Shown here: piece by piece, positions 47,251-57,147 of the stretch
How positions within the stretch are numbered: position 1 is the first letter of the stretch
Layout of the letters: each line of letters opens with the position of its first letter
Source of the DNA: a bacterium
GTDB taxonomy: Bacteria; JAMCPX01
Direction of reading: 5' to 3'
Length of the DNA stretch: 64,000 nucleotides
NCBI GenBank assembly: GCA_021792615.1
Contig: JAJYUJ010000011.1
Location: forward strand, 2,179-66,178
Program-made: the position numbers and the translations under genes
The notes under the pieces: model-generated
Seen by the model: only the letters and a program-made list of their open reading frames with translations
Database searches by the model: none
What the model was told of the DNA's origin: nothing

Positions 47251-48557
47251 ACCCCTTGTCCCCTGTTCCCTCTCCCCAATGCCGTCAACTTTTTCCCTCT
47301 GGTTTCCGGGAATGTCCAAATCCACAGACCGGCAAGCACGGCAAACAAAGAGGCAATTGATATACCTCCGCCCAGCCCGTAATATCTTGCCACGACAACG
47401 ATAACAACAGGCGTAAAGAACTGTACACCCCTCGCAAGATTAAACGCAGTACCCATGGCCGTGTTGCGGATTTTGGTCGGGAACAATTCGGACATAATGG
47501 GTCCGTATCCACCGAAAAATCCTGTGCCGAACCCGACCATGAACATGAAAGCGAGAATGACAGAGGGATACTGCGCAATGACACTCCACATCAAGGTTAT
47601 CATAATAAGGCCGGTTGCCATAAGAAACGCATAGAGGGTAAACGCCGGTCTTCTGCCAAACCGGTCTGCAACAAAACCAAAGGTTGCATAACCAATGAAG
47701 CCGCCCGTCTGCGTTATAATCATCCATAGGCCGGACTTCGTCATGGAGAAATGCCTCTGCTCGTAAAGGTATCCCGGCAGCCACGCGTAGGTAAACCAAT
47801 ACGCAGACATAATAAATATCGCGAGGAGCAGGGACTTCAGAAACGTTGCGATATAATCCGATGAAAAAAGAGACATGAATCCACTTCCGCTCTCGTCCTC
47901 AGAGACGGCCTTTGATAATTTTCCGCTCTTTATCATACTCTTGCGTTCTTCCCAGAGATCGGATTCCGGAAGTTTTTTTCTGACTATGATAACCAGCACC
48001 GCAGGCAATACGGAAACCATGAATGAAGCCCTCCAACCTATTAATGGCGACAGAAAGCCGCCGACCAGGGCAGCAAGGGCAACACCGACGGGCGCTCCGG
48101 TCTGCATAAAGGCACCGAACCTTCCCCTTACCTTTGGAGGAAATGTCTCACCAACGTAGGTTTGTCCCGTCGCCCATTCACCGCCGACACCTATGCCTGT
48201 AATGATCCGGAACAGGATGAGAAAATAAAAGTCCGGAGCAAGACCGCTCAAGAACGTCCCTATACTATACGTAAGGATGGTCCACTGTAAAACGCTCCTC
48301 CTTCCATAACGATCCGCGAGTACACCGAAGACAATACCGCCAAGTGCAGTCGCAGCGAGTGATGTACCGAGTATATAAGAAAGATGGATATTGGAGAGAT
48401 GAAGCTCCTTTCCAATCGGAATAAGAAGGAATGTATAGAGCGTCAGGTCGTAAAAATCGAACACCCAGCCGGCCCAGCTCATCAAAAGAATGTAATAATG
48501 CTCTTTTATGGGAATATCATATTCGCTTAAAAGTTTGCCGTTCATAAACTTTATCAT
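47238..48557 (-). CDS. MFS transporter (12 TM)
   Basis: GVLADRYGRRSVL (motif A) and 12 hydrophobic helices. The last ~15 codons (..ALGRGNRGQGVRGE) run into repeat sequence. Confidence 0.8.
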   Translation of the reverse strand: MIKFMNGKLLSEYDIPIKEHYYILLMSWAGWVFDFYDLTLYTFLLIPIGKELHLSNIHLSYILGTSLAATALGGIVFGVLADRYGRRSVLQWTILTYSIGTFLSGLAPDFYFLILFRIITGIGVGGEWATGQTYVGETFPPKVRGRFGAFMQTGAPVGVALAALVGGFLSPLIGWRASFMVSVLPAVLVIIVRKKLPESDLWEERKSMIKSGKLSKAVSEDESGSGFMSLFSSDYIATFLKSLLLAIFIMSAYWFTYAWLPGYLYEQRHFSMTKSGLWMIITQTGGFIGYATFGFVADRFGRRPAFTLYAFLMATGLIMITLMWSVIAQYPSVILAFMFMVGFGTGFFGGYGPIMSELFPTKIRNTAMGTAFNLARGVQFFTPVVIVVVARYYGLGGGISIASLFAVLAGLWIWTFPETRGKKLTALGRGNRGQGVRGE

Positions 48558-48639
48558 TAAACCGATCGGTATCCTTTGGCAAGAAAAAGGTTGAGCCTCT
48601 CTTTATTGACAAAATCTACGTTTACGCTATGTATAGAGT

Positions 48640-51168
48640 ATGAACTTTAAAACGCGGATAACGATTGCAAATTCACTCATAACCGTCATTGCCGTCGCTA
48701 TTATATATTATGTAGCCATTAAAACCATAACCTTCACTCTGGAAACCATCAAATTCATTTCCATTGTGACGATATTTATTGTCATCATAGCCTTGACCAT
48801 ACAGTACCTCGCGAGCTTGAAACCATTTACGATCATAAACGAATTCGAGAAACGGTTGAAAAACAACACCATGGACGAACGGTTTACCATGACAGCTTTT
48901 TACACCGCTGTTTCTTTCCCATTATATTTTATGAGTGTTTCCGCTGCACAATGGTATTTCTCTTCCATAATTTATTTCATACTTCTCTATGGCTTTACGC
49001 AGGCAGGATTAATTACCGCCCTAAAAACCGTATTTGCCATTATCAGCGGTGCAACCATTGCGAACATATTCCAATATTTTGTTTATCAACGGTTGACCGA
49101 ACCTCTCGTTATAACCATTCAACAGCATTTGAAAGATGCGGAGATCAACATAAAAAAGAGAATCGGTGTTTTTACAAAGATCTTTTTCAGTGCTTCCCTG
49201 CTGATCATTATCTTTCTTATATTTGCAAGGACTATCAGCATACAGCTCATGACCGATGCTCTTCAGTCAAACGGCATCGAGTCGGCAAAACTGGACATGG
49301 CAGGCTCTCTGCCAAAAGTGGATTCCATTCTGTCTCAGGGCCTTTCCGCAGCACAAACGTCATTGGAATTATCCAGGATGAAGCTCGGGTCGCACGGTTA
49401 TATGCTTCTGATGGACAGTTCATACGATGATGTCTTCAATATATCCGAGAACTATGCCGGCGTTGTGCCTTTAAAAAAGCTGGCCGCAAGAGATGTATAC
49501 AATGATCAGACCATCGATGCCACCTTGATCAAGATGCCGATCAGCAAGGAACTCTACCTCGTCGGTGTCTACTCATGGTCGGATTACGCCGGTATATTGG
49601 CCAAATTCGCCGACGCAATTAACTGGCTGATCCTTACTGTTATACTTGCACTGGTCATGGTGTCCCTCTTCGTTACCCTGGACATCTATCTTCCGGTCAA
49701 GGCAATCGTCTCTGCAGTGGAAAGGCTTGCCAACGGAGATTTTTCCACTCAATCAGGCCTGTTTGTAGAAGACGAAGCCGGAACGGTGTCAAACAACATC
49801 AGGAAGACAACGGAAAATATAAAGTCCGTCATCAAAACAATAAAATTATCAAGCTCGAATATTGCTGACATTTCGGATAAAATGATGAATTCGATAGACC
49901 TGACAAAGGAAAATGTTCTCATCCTCGACAAGGAAATAAAAAGCAATGCAGAGATCATCGCATCGGTACAAAAAACACTCGACCAGCTCATGGAATACAT
50001 CGAAGGACTGATAAACTCCATAAATGATACAATCATAAACAGCGATAAAATGCAGGAATTTATGGACAGCAACAAAGACGTATTCTCCGGATTAAGCGGC
50101 TCGATTACCTCCATTATTGCGTCAAACAACAATCTTCTCGAAACCATAAAAAATATACAAAAAACTACCGCAGAGAGCATCAACAGCGGTCCGGTAAACA
50201 ATTTGGATTATCTGAGAACGGCAACCATGCAAAATGAACAGGCCGTCAAGAGATTGGGAATTATCACTGAATCTCTGACAGACAATATCAACAGACTGAA
50301 CGCGGAGATAAGAAAAGGCGGAAGCAACAAACAAAAAATCGATACCATCTTCAACAGTTCTCTTGCCACGGTTTCCTCCCTCAACGATAATGTAGAAAGA
50401 ATAGTAACCGACCTGAACAAGATAGACCTTGTCATCGATGATACGAATTTACTGGCTATGAATTCCTCGGTCATATCCGCTCAGGCAGGAAAGGCAGGCA
50501 GAGGGTTCGACGTTGTATCCGATGAGATTACAAAACTTGCAAGTGTAACACAGACAAAAATCCTCGAGGTAAAAAACCTGACAGAGCTCCTCGTAAAAGA
50601 AAAAGATACGATAAAGAGCAATATATACGAGAAAAAGAGATTCATAGATAACGTAGACAACAGGTTGAACTCTTTCCGTGAAGAAACAGGCGTTGTAACA
50701 AACCTTGTTCTCCGTCTGAAGGAATCTTACGAAAACATTGTAAAAACCACTAACAACCTGCACTCGAAATGGGAAAAATTATCGACCGATATGATGGCAG
50801 AAAAGGAAATGCACCATCTCATGAAGACCAAGCTCATGTACGTAGAAAACAGTGTGGCGGACATAAACAAATATTCCGCCGATCTGAAAGATGTTATCGA
50901 TACTATTGTGCATAAATGGGGGGGCTACCGGGAAATCATGGGACAAATACCCGCTGAGCTTTCTACAATCAATACACCTGCAAATACGATCAACGGTTAC
51001 ATGAGTGTCATCAAAACAAAAACATCGGAGATACACGCGATACTTGACAGCATATCCGAAACATCGCGGCACCTGAACAGGCAATTGGGCCATCTCGATA
51101 TACGGAGTGATATCGAAATCGTATCGGATAAAATAAATGAGGAACCAAGAAGGTTCAGGATATTATGA
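48640..51168 (+). CDS. Methyl-accepting chemotaxis-like protein with multi-pass N-terminal membrane module
   Basis: About 7 hydrophobic helices, HAMP-like PVKAIVSAVERLANGDFS, a long coiled coil and MCP tip signature LLAMNSSVISAQAGKAGRGFDVVSDEITKLA (50449-50541). Confidence 0.8.
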   Translation: MNFKTRITIANSLITVIAVAIIYYVAIKTITFTLETIKFISIVTIFIVIIALTIQYLASLKPFTIINEFEKRLKNNTMDERFTMTAFYTAVSFPLYFMSVSAAQWYFSSIIYFILLYGFTQAGLITALKTVFAIISGATIANIFQYFVYQRLTEPLVITIQQHLKDAEINIKKRIGVFTKIFFSASLLIIIFLIFARTISIQLMTDALQSNGIESAKLDMAGSLPKVDSILSQGLSAAQTSLELSRMKLGSHGYMLLMDSSYDDVFNISENYAGVVPLKKLAARDVYNDQTIDATLIKMPISKELYLVGVYSWSDYAGILAKFADAINWLILTVILALVMVSLFVTLDIYLPVKAIVSAVERLANGDFSTQSGLFVEDEAGTVSNNIRKTTENIKSVIKTIKLSSSNIADISDKMMNSIDLTKENVLILDKEIKSNAEIIASVQKTLDQLMEYIEGLINSINDTIINSDKMQEFMDSNKDVFSGLSGSITSIIASNNNLLETIKNIQKTTAESINSGPVNNLDYLRTATMQNEQAVKRLGIITESLTDNINRLNAEIRKGGSNKQKIDTIFNSSLATVSSLNDNVERIVTDLNKIDLVIDDTNLLAMNSSVISAQAGKAGRGFDVVSDEITKLASVTQTKILEVKNLTELLVKEKDTIKSNIYEKKRFIDNVDNRLNSFREETGVVTNLVLRLKESYENIVKTTNNLHSKWEKLSTDMMAEKEMHHLMKTKLMYVENSVADINKYSADLKDVIDTIVHKWGGYREIMGQIPAELSTINTPANTINGYMSVIKTKTSEIHAILDSISETSRHLNRQLGHLDIRSDIEIVSDKINEEPRRFRIL

Positions 51169-53705
51169 TAAAAGCAAACCGGATTTTGACGATATTTTAT
51201 TTGATTCTCCTGTTTGTGGCAATCAGCATATTCAGTGCCCTGCTTTCGACCACCCGGCTCATAACGATAAACGACCATATCGTAAACATTGTCCTTATCC
51301 TTGTTTCCACTTCAATTGCCGTTCTTATTTTTTATTTCGTCAACCCGTTAAGCCTCCGGAAAGTAAAAGACCTTCTTGACGAAACCTACTCGGCGTCTTC
51401 AGAAAAACATATAGCTGTTCTCGTACGGTATCCGTTCGCCATACTGCCGCTGACCGTCATGACGGAATTGGCAGGAATGTTCGCATATCTTATTACCGGC
51501 AGTATTGCGAAGATAATAGAATTAGACGGTACACTATCCTCGCTCGGGGGCATCGCGGTTACCTTTCTGTTTGTGTTGATCATCGGGGAACTCTCGCAGA
51601 TTTATGTATTCAAGATCGTAACGAACACGTCTGCCTCAAAAGCCATCAGGAAGTTAAACATCATCGAATTGAAAAGCATCTATATTCCCATAAAGTATAA
51701 GCTCATTGGAGTCTTCAGTATCATTTCGGTAGCTGCATTTATCATCGTTGCGTACGCTGTTTTCAATAATGCCGACCGGTACATAAAACAGAGTTTATAC
51801 AATAACACCATGAAATCGGCATCACTCATCGCCGGTACGGTCGACCAAAATCCGAACGCAGACAGCATATTAAAAGGAATAGCTGGATCTTCCGGGGGCA
51901 CCTACAGGATCTATGTATACAATCTTCACAGCGGCACGATAAAGTCTTATTCCGGGGCAACGCTCGGCAGCCGGATAATAAAGGGATTAAGCACAGAGAA
52001 CATGGTGCCGGATACAGCGAACAAACAACTGCTGTTTTCCCTCCATAAGCCGCTCTTGATCGACGGGTCACCCCATCTTCTTGTTATCGGAGCCAGAGAC
52101 AGTCTTTACACGAAGCTTTTGTACCGTTTTATTTCCAATATGACCATAGCGGGCATCTTTATACTCTTCATAGTGCTTATCACAACATTCCTCATATCAA
52201 ATGACATCGCGTCCCATGAAAAGAAACTTGCCGATTACTCTGCGGCCCTCTCAGGAAATAAATTGTCCCAAACACCGGGATTGTTTTCAACCGATGAACT
52301 CGGAATGATCGCTTTAAACTTAAGAACACTCATGAGGACATTCAAAGAATCAAGGATCCGTACGAACGAAAACGTGTCCGGCATGAACAGCCTGATAAGT
52401 GCAACGTTCAAAAATATTGCCGCAGTAAGATCAACCATTACGCAGCAATCGAAACACACGGACGATTTGTTCGGTATCATAAATTCTATAAAAGACATCG
52501 CTCAGCAGATAACCGATCTGAGTGTGCCGTTCAGGGCGAGAATAGAAAAGGACAGCGAAGCCATATTTCGCGCGATACAACGTAATAAGGAAACGAAATC
52601 TTCCGTGACCGCAGCATCAACGCGCATTACGAGGACGTTAAAATTGATCGAGAAGGATGTGAATGCATACGAAGACATGAAATATACTATAAACAAACTG
52701 AAGACCATACTCCTTTCGTTTGATTCTACCACGCAATCGTACACTTCGGATACAGGCGCCGCAAACACGCTGCTGAACGGATTTACAGGTTTAATGACCG
52801 ATATAAAGAAATCGAACGTCAGCGGCATGGAACTTACGAAAGATATGGAAGTTATAATAAACGAAACGCAGAGTATAGCGGAAGGCGTACTTTCCCTTTT
52901 ATCCTCTTTCCTTTCCCACATTCAGCAGTCAGATGAAATGCTGGGTATGATAAACAACGTTGCGGAGCGTACAAACCTCTTGTCCGTCAACGCCTTTATA
53001 CTCGCATCTTCACCCCAAACCGAAGGAAACAACTTCAGGGTCGTGGCGGAAGAGATCAAGAGGCTCGCAGGGAGAGCAAGAACCGGCTCCAAAGATATCT
53101 CGGATTATATAACAAAAGTGCGAAGAAATGTTGATGAGGTTTCTTCCGGCATAAAAGACATCAACGGCATGTTTACGGGATTGAAACAATCCATGAGTGA
53201 TATTAATTCCATTACGCAGAGGACCGAAGAGCTCTCGAACTCGGCAATCGATATAGCCGCTCATATCATCGGCGGCACTGCAGGTAAAACCGTGCAGAGG
53301 AATGCCGGATCCGATTCTTCAGTGAATGCGCACAGCATGGAGATTGTCTCGAAACTGACGGTAGACATAGCGGCCACTTTAGACAGTTTAAAGGGCATCG
53401 GCCGTGTTTTCGGTCAAATCAAAGACACACTCATAAATTTAGCCGAGATCAATAATGCCCATGATACGACATTACTATCCATAAGCAACGCTGTCGAGAA
53501 TATAAAAACATTTATAGGCTATATAAACGACAGCCTTGCAATCGACATCAAAGAGCAGGTAGCTTATTCCTCGGATTCCGCAAAGGAGTTAATAGACCAT
53601 ATAAGAAATAATGAACAGAACATTTCAGACCTCGATACCATCATGAACCAGCTTATACAGGAGCTTGATCTCTTAAAGGAAAATATAAATTTATTCATAG
53701 TTTAA
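51165..53705 (+). CDS. Paralogous MCP-like protein with degenerate signalling tip
   Basis: ATGA overlap with the upstream gene and the same architecture. The tip region reads LLSVNAFILASSPQTEGNNFRVVAEEIKRLA (52977-53069), at the same residue offset as in the upstream protein. Confidence 0.72.
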   Translation: MIKANRILTIFYLILLFVAISIFSALLSTTRLITINDHIVNIVLILVSTSIAVLIFYFVNPLSLRKVKDLLDETYSASSEKHIAVLVRYPFAILPLTVMTELAGMFAYLITGSIAKIIELDGTLSSLGGIAVTFLFVLIIGELSQIYVFKIVTNTSASKAIRKLNIIELKSIYIPIKYKLIGVFSIISVAAFIIVAYAVFNNADRYIKQSLYNNTMKSASLIAGTVDQNPNADSILKGIAGSSGGTYRIYVYNLHSGTIKSYSGATLGSRIIKGLSTENMVPDTANKQLLFSLHKPLLIDGSPHLLVIGARDSLYTKLLYRFISNMTIAGIFILFIVLITTFLISNDIASHEKKLADYSAALSGNKLSQTPGLFSTDELGMIALNLRTLMRTFKESRIRTNENVSGMNSLISATFKNIAAVRSTITQQSKHTDDLFGIINSIKDIAQQITDLSVPFRARIEKDSEAIFRAIQRNKETKSSVTAASTRITRTLKLIEKDVNAYEDMKYTINKLKTILLSFDSTTQSYTSDTGAANTLLNGFTGLMTDIKKSNVSGMELTKDMEVIINETQSIAEGVLSLLSSFLSHIQQSDEMLGMINNVAERTNLLSVNAFILASSPQTEGNNFRVVAEEIKRLAGRARTGSKDISDYITKVRRNVDEVSSGIKDINGMFTGLKQSMSDINSITQRTEELSNSAIDIAAHIIGGTAGKTVQRNAGSDSSVNAHSMEIVSKLTVDIAATLDSLKGIGRVFGQIKDTLINLAEINNAHDTTLLSISNAVENIKTFIGYINDSLAIDIKEQVAYSSDSAKELIDHIRNNEQNISDLDTIMNQLIQELDLLKENINLFIV

Positions 53706-53709
53706 CACC

Positions 53710-54456
53710 ATGCATCTTTTCACCACAGAGGGTATCGTTATCCACAAATTGAAATATCTTGAATCCGATTTAATCGTAACCATTTTCTCGATAAAAGAGG
53801 GCAAGATAAAAGCAATTGTAAAGGGAGGGGTAAACAGCAGAAAAAGGTTTCCCGGAGCTTTTGAAGTCGGGAATATCGGCGAGTTCGGATTTACGGCCAA
53901 AAATCCATACCAGCTTATGTATATAAACCATGCAAAGGTGAATAATTATCTTATCGATCTAAAAAAGGATTACGATAAGATCATGATGTTATTTTATATG
54001 GCGGGTATTACCGATGCTATGCTTATTGAACATCAGAGTCACCCAAAGCTGTTTGAATTTTTGGTTTATACAATCCAATTTCTCGAAAAGAACAAGGCGC
54101 TCAATCAGATCAGGCTGTTCTACGAATTCCACTTATTAAAGGAAACCGGGTTGCTTCCTGCCATAGAAAAATGCGAATCATGCGGCATGCCGTTTGCCGG
54201 TAACCGGGTAAATTTTCTGCAACAAACAGGGAAACTGGTATGTGAGTCCTGCATACCCCATAACACCGGATCATTCGCGATACCGGACAATTTATTGCTG
54301 CTGATAAAAGCGGTAAACAACGACTCTCTCAACATTGACGAATTTCTCATGGTGGATGTACCTCATGCGATGTTCGATATTACAACAAGGCTCATGAGCA
54401 ATTACATAGATAGACCATTGAAAATATGGCAGATGATTGATACTATATACTTTTAA
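53710..54456 (+). CDS. recO: DNA repair protein RecO
   Basis: N-terminal OB-fold pattern (GIVIHKLKYLESDLIVTIFS), a CxxC...CxxC zinc motif (CESCGMP...CESC), 248 aa. Confidence 0.8.
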   Translation: MHLFTTEGIVIHKLKYLESDLIVTIFSIKEGKIKAIVKGGVNSRKRFPGAFEVGNIGEFGFTAKNPYQLMYINHAKVNNYLIDLKKDYDKIMMLFYMAGITDAMLIEHQSHPKLFEFLVYTIQFLEKNKALNQIRLFYEFHLLKETGLLPAIEKCESCGMPFAGNRVNFLQQTGKLVCESCIPHNTGSFAIPDNLLLLIKAVNNDSLNIDEFLMVDVPHAMFDITTRLMSNYIDRPLKIWQMIDTIYF

Positions 54457-54494
54457 AAGTATATATAAATACCTATATTAAAAAACCTCCCTCT

Positions 54495-54560
54495 GTCATT
54501 CCGCACTTGATGCGGAATCCAGTTTTCTGTTTATGGATTCCCGCTTTCGCGGGAATGACA
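54495..54560. repeat. Two family-A palindromic units in opposite orientation
   Basis: GTCATTCCGCACTTGATGCGGAATCC (54495-54520) and GGATTCCCGCTTTCGCGGGAATGACA (54535-54560). Confidence 0.8.
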
Positions 54561-54612
54561 AAGGAGAAGATTATTTTATTGGTACTGACCATGAGTTGAA
54601 AGGAATTAAACT

Positions 54613-55527
54613 ATGAACAAAGATTATATTGATAATACACAGATAGACCTCGAGCAGCTCCATGATGATTACTATGGATGGAAACAGCCCGAAAAGCCTA
54701 AAATAAAGATACTGACGCCCCTTATCTTGTTCTGCGTAACATTTATTGCCGTAGTCTTTGCAGGCGCATTTCAGTATGGGGTAAACCCTTTTACCAATTT
54801 ATCGGAGGCATACAAAGGGCTGCCCTTTGCACTCATCCTGATGGGTATTCTCCTTTCCCATGAAATGGGACATTTTCTTATGTCCAAACATCACGATGTT
54901 GCGGCAACCCTGCCCTATTTCATACCTGCACCGAACATACTCGGAACATTTGGGGCATTTATACGCATGAAATCGCCCATACCGGACCGCAATGCACTCG
55001 TTGATATCGGTGCAGCAGGACCGATTGCAGGCTTTGTCATAGCACTGCCTGCCCTTATAATCGGTATCAAGCTTTCTCCTCTTGTACCCATAGCATCCGT
55101 AAGCGGCATTACATTGGGGGACTCGTTGCTCGTCAAATTTTTATCGTTCATTATAAGGCCGGGCATCCCTGCCGGTTACGAGATAGGACTCAGTCCTATA
55201 GCATTTGCTGGCTGGATAGGCATGTTCGTCACCGCAATGAACCTCATACCCATAGGTCAGCTCGATGGCGGGCACATTGCATACGCACTTTTCGGCAAAT
55301 GGTATAATGTAATTGCAAGGATTGCGCTTATCACGCTTGTTGTCATGGGTATATGGGGATGGGAGGTATGGCTTTTCTGGGCATTGATTATCCTGATCCT
55401 CGGTATCAGGCATCCAAGCCCCATGGACCCGTATCAGCCTCTCGACACAAAGAGAAAGGCAATTGCATGGTTTGCGATAATCATATTGATAATAACGTTT
55501 ATACCGGTCCCATTCTCAGGATTGTAA
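54613..55527 (+). CDS. Site-2 protease family (M50) membrane metalloprotease
   Basis: SHEMGHF zinc motif and NLIPIGQLDGGH motif, with multiple TM helices. Confidence 0.78.
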   Translation: MNKDYIDNTQIDLEQLHDDYYGWKQPEKPKIKILTPLILFCVTFIAVVFAGAFQYGVNPFTNLSEAYKGLPFALILMGILLSHEMGHFLMSKHHDVAATLPYFIPAPNILGTFGAFIRMKSPIPDRNALVDIGAAGPIAGFVIALPALIIGIKLSPLVPIASVSGITLGDSLLVKFLSFIIRPGIPAGYEIGLSPIAFAGWIGMFVTAMNLIPIGQLDGGHIAYALFGKWYNVIARIALITLVVMGIWGWEVWLFWALIILILGIRHPSPMDPYQPLDTKRKAIAWFAIIILIITFIPVPFSGL

Positions 55528-55762
55528 GCGTTCGACAAAGCTAATCGCCGCATCATAAGCCGTTGCGAGGAGCCCGCCGGAGGCGGGTCGACGAAGCAAT
55601 CTATAAGTTATTGATGTATAAAAACCGGGATTGCTCGACCCATCTCAGCTGTGTGCCCGCGTTAGCGATGAAAGTAATTCGAGTTTTTCATCAGCCTGAA
55701 AGATGCGATCCGGTGAATCACTGCTATTTTAGTTCGTTGTACAAAGGATTAATACGATAAAG

Positions 55763-55788
55763 AAACCCCGCCTTGTGAGCGGGGTTTT
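55763..55788. terminator. Bidirectional rho-independent terminator
   Basis: CCCCGC-CTTGTGA-GCGGGG hairpin (55766-55784), with TTTT downstream on the plus strand and TTTCT on the minus strand. Lies 35 nt past the stop of the minus-strand lipoprotein gene. Confidence 0.6.
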
Positions 55789-55825
55789 AAATGTATCTCT
55801 TTTATTCTATTTTATGCGCTGAATA

Positions 55826-57022
55826 TCAGTAGCCTATCATCAATACCGTGCCATTGACCGTAGCCATTGTCTGAGCATTCTGCAATGTACCAAATATGCC
55901 GGGGAAGGTAACAGTCTGGTTATTCTGCAACCTGACTACTCCGGTATATCCGTAAGTAATCGTTGCACCCTTAGCTGTCGGGTTGGTCGTGAAGTTCGGC
56001 GTAAGGGTCAGAGTCATTCCATTCGCCGACAGGGTCGCATTTACCGCAGGTGCACCAAGCACACCACCAGAACCGCCCGAAAGTGCTGCAGTAAAGAGCG
56101 TTGTATCTATCATAACAGGCTGGTTGAAGGTGATAGTGAGTACACCGCTTGGAGTAATTGCAGACTGTACCGAGTTGGTCGCAGTTACTACGTAGAGAAG
56201 AGGCATGGCCGTTGGTACCATATGGATGGCAAAAGTCGACGGAAATAACCCGACTTGAATGGGCATACCCGGCAACACTGGGAAAGTTGGATCGTTCAAT
56301 ATTTCGCCATTGAATGTCAGGGAAGCTGCCTGGAGGTAGTAAGAGCCGCCAAGGACAAGTGTTCCGCTGGTGAATGTGGCCAATCCCTGTGCATTGGTCG
56401 TAGCTTGCAAGCTTGGGTACAGGCCGCTCGAAGGGGCGAGTCTATCGCCGCTTACAGGAACGGTTGTAAAATTATTGGTTACGTTTTGCTTTAAATTCAC
56501 CGTTGCGTTAGGAATGGGTAATCCGGTCGGATCGTATACATAAACATTTAAATCGGCAGGAGCAGATCCCTCAGGATAAAGATAGATATCGCCGATCATG
56601 TTATACTGATTATCGACAATCGGTGCATTTGTCGTATTGTTTACGGTCGCCTGCAGCTCCACATCTCCTTCAAACGGCTGATACCCGGGTTCTGCCACAT
56701 CAATCCTGTATCGAATCTCTCCGGTATTAATATCAACAGGAATGTTGTTGAAGGCATAATCCCCGCATAGCGGATTCTTTGGGTCGGTAATCAGCATATT
56801 TGGGCCTCGGACCGATGTTCCCTGGATCAAGTACACCTTGAGATTACTCCCGCTGATGGGGTCACCGGTAATGGCATCCATAATCTTTCCCTGGATTGAA
56901 CCTGTGATGTTATAATATTGCAGGCCGTTTGTGTTGGGATTATTGGTATTTGAGGTTGAACCGCATCCCCATAACATCCCTCCTACGAGCACCAAGCTTA
57001 AAACAAACAATACTTTTTTCAT
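55826..57022 (-). CDS. Surface lipoprotein with carboxypeptidase-regulatory-like (Ig-fold) segments
   Basis: Start moved to ATG 57022 (AAGGAG upstream; the tracked start is a TTG). Lipobox MLWGCGS. ITGSIQGKIMDAITGDPISG and VYVYDPTGLPIPNATVNL resemble CarboxypepD_reg. T/N/G-rich. Confidence 0.7.
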   Translation of the reverse strand: MKKVLFVLSLVLVGGMLWGCGSTSNTNNPNTNGLQYYNITGSIQGKIMDAITGDPISGSNLKVYLIQGTSVRGPNMLITDPKNPLCGDYAFNNIPVDINTGEIRYRIDVAEPGYQPFEGDVELQATVNNTTNAPIVDNQYNMIGDIYLYPEGSAPADLNVYVYDPTGLPIPNATVNLKQNVTNNFTTVPVSGDRLAPSSGLYPSLQATTNAQGLATFTSGTLVLGGSYYLQAASLTFNGEILNDPTFPVLPGMPIQVGLFPSTFAIHMVPTAMPLLYVVTATNSVQSAITPSGVLTITFNQPVMIDTTLFTAALSGGSGGVLGAPAVNATLSANGMTLTLTPNFTTNPTAKGATITYGYTGVVRLQNNQTVTFPGIFGTLQNAQTMATVNGTVLMIGY

Positions 57023-57147
57023 TGGATTTTTCTCCTTTTTTCCAAGATTATCACTTTCTATGGAATACAAGGATAAAAGTCAATAGTTTTATTTGGAACT
57101 ATTTTTAACTGACAAATCGTATAAAAGAGGGAATTCCCCGTTTCCCC

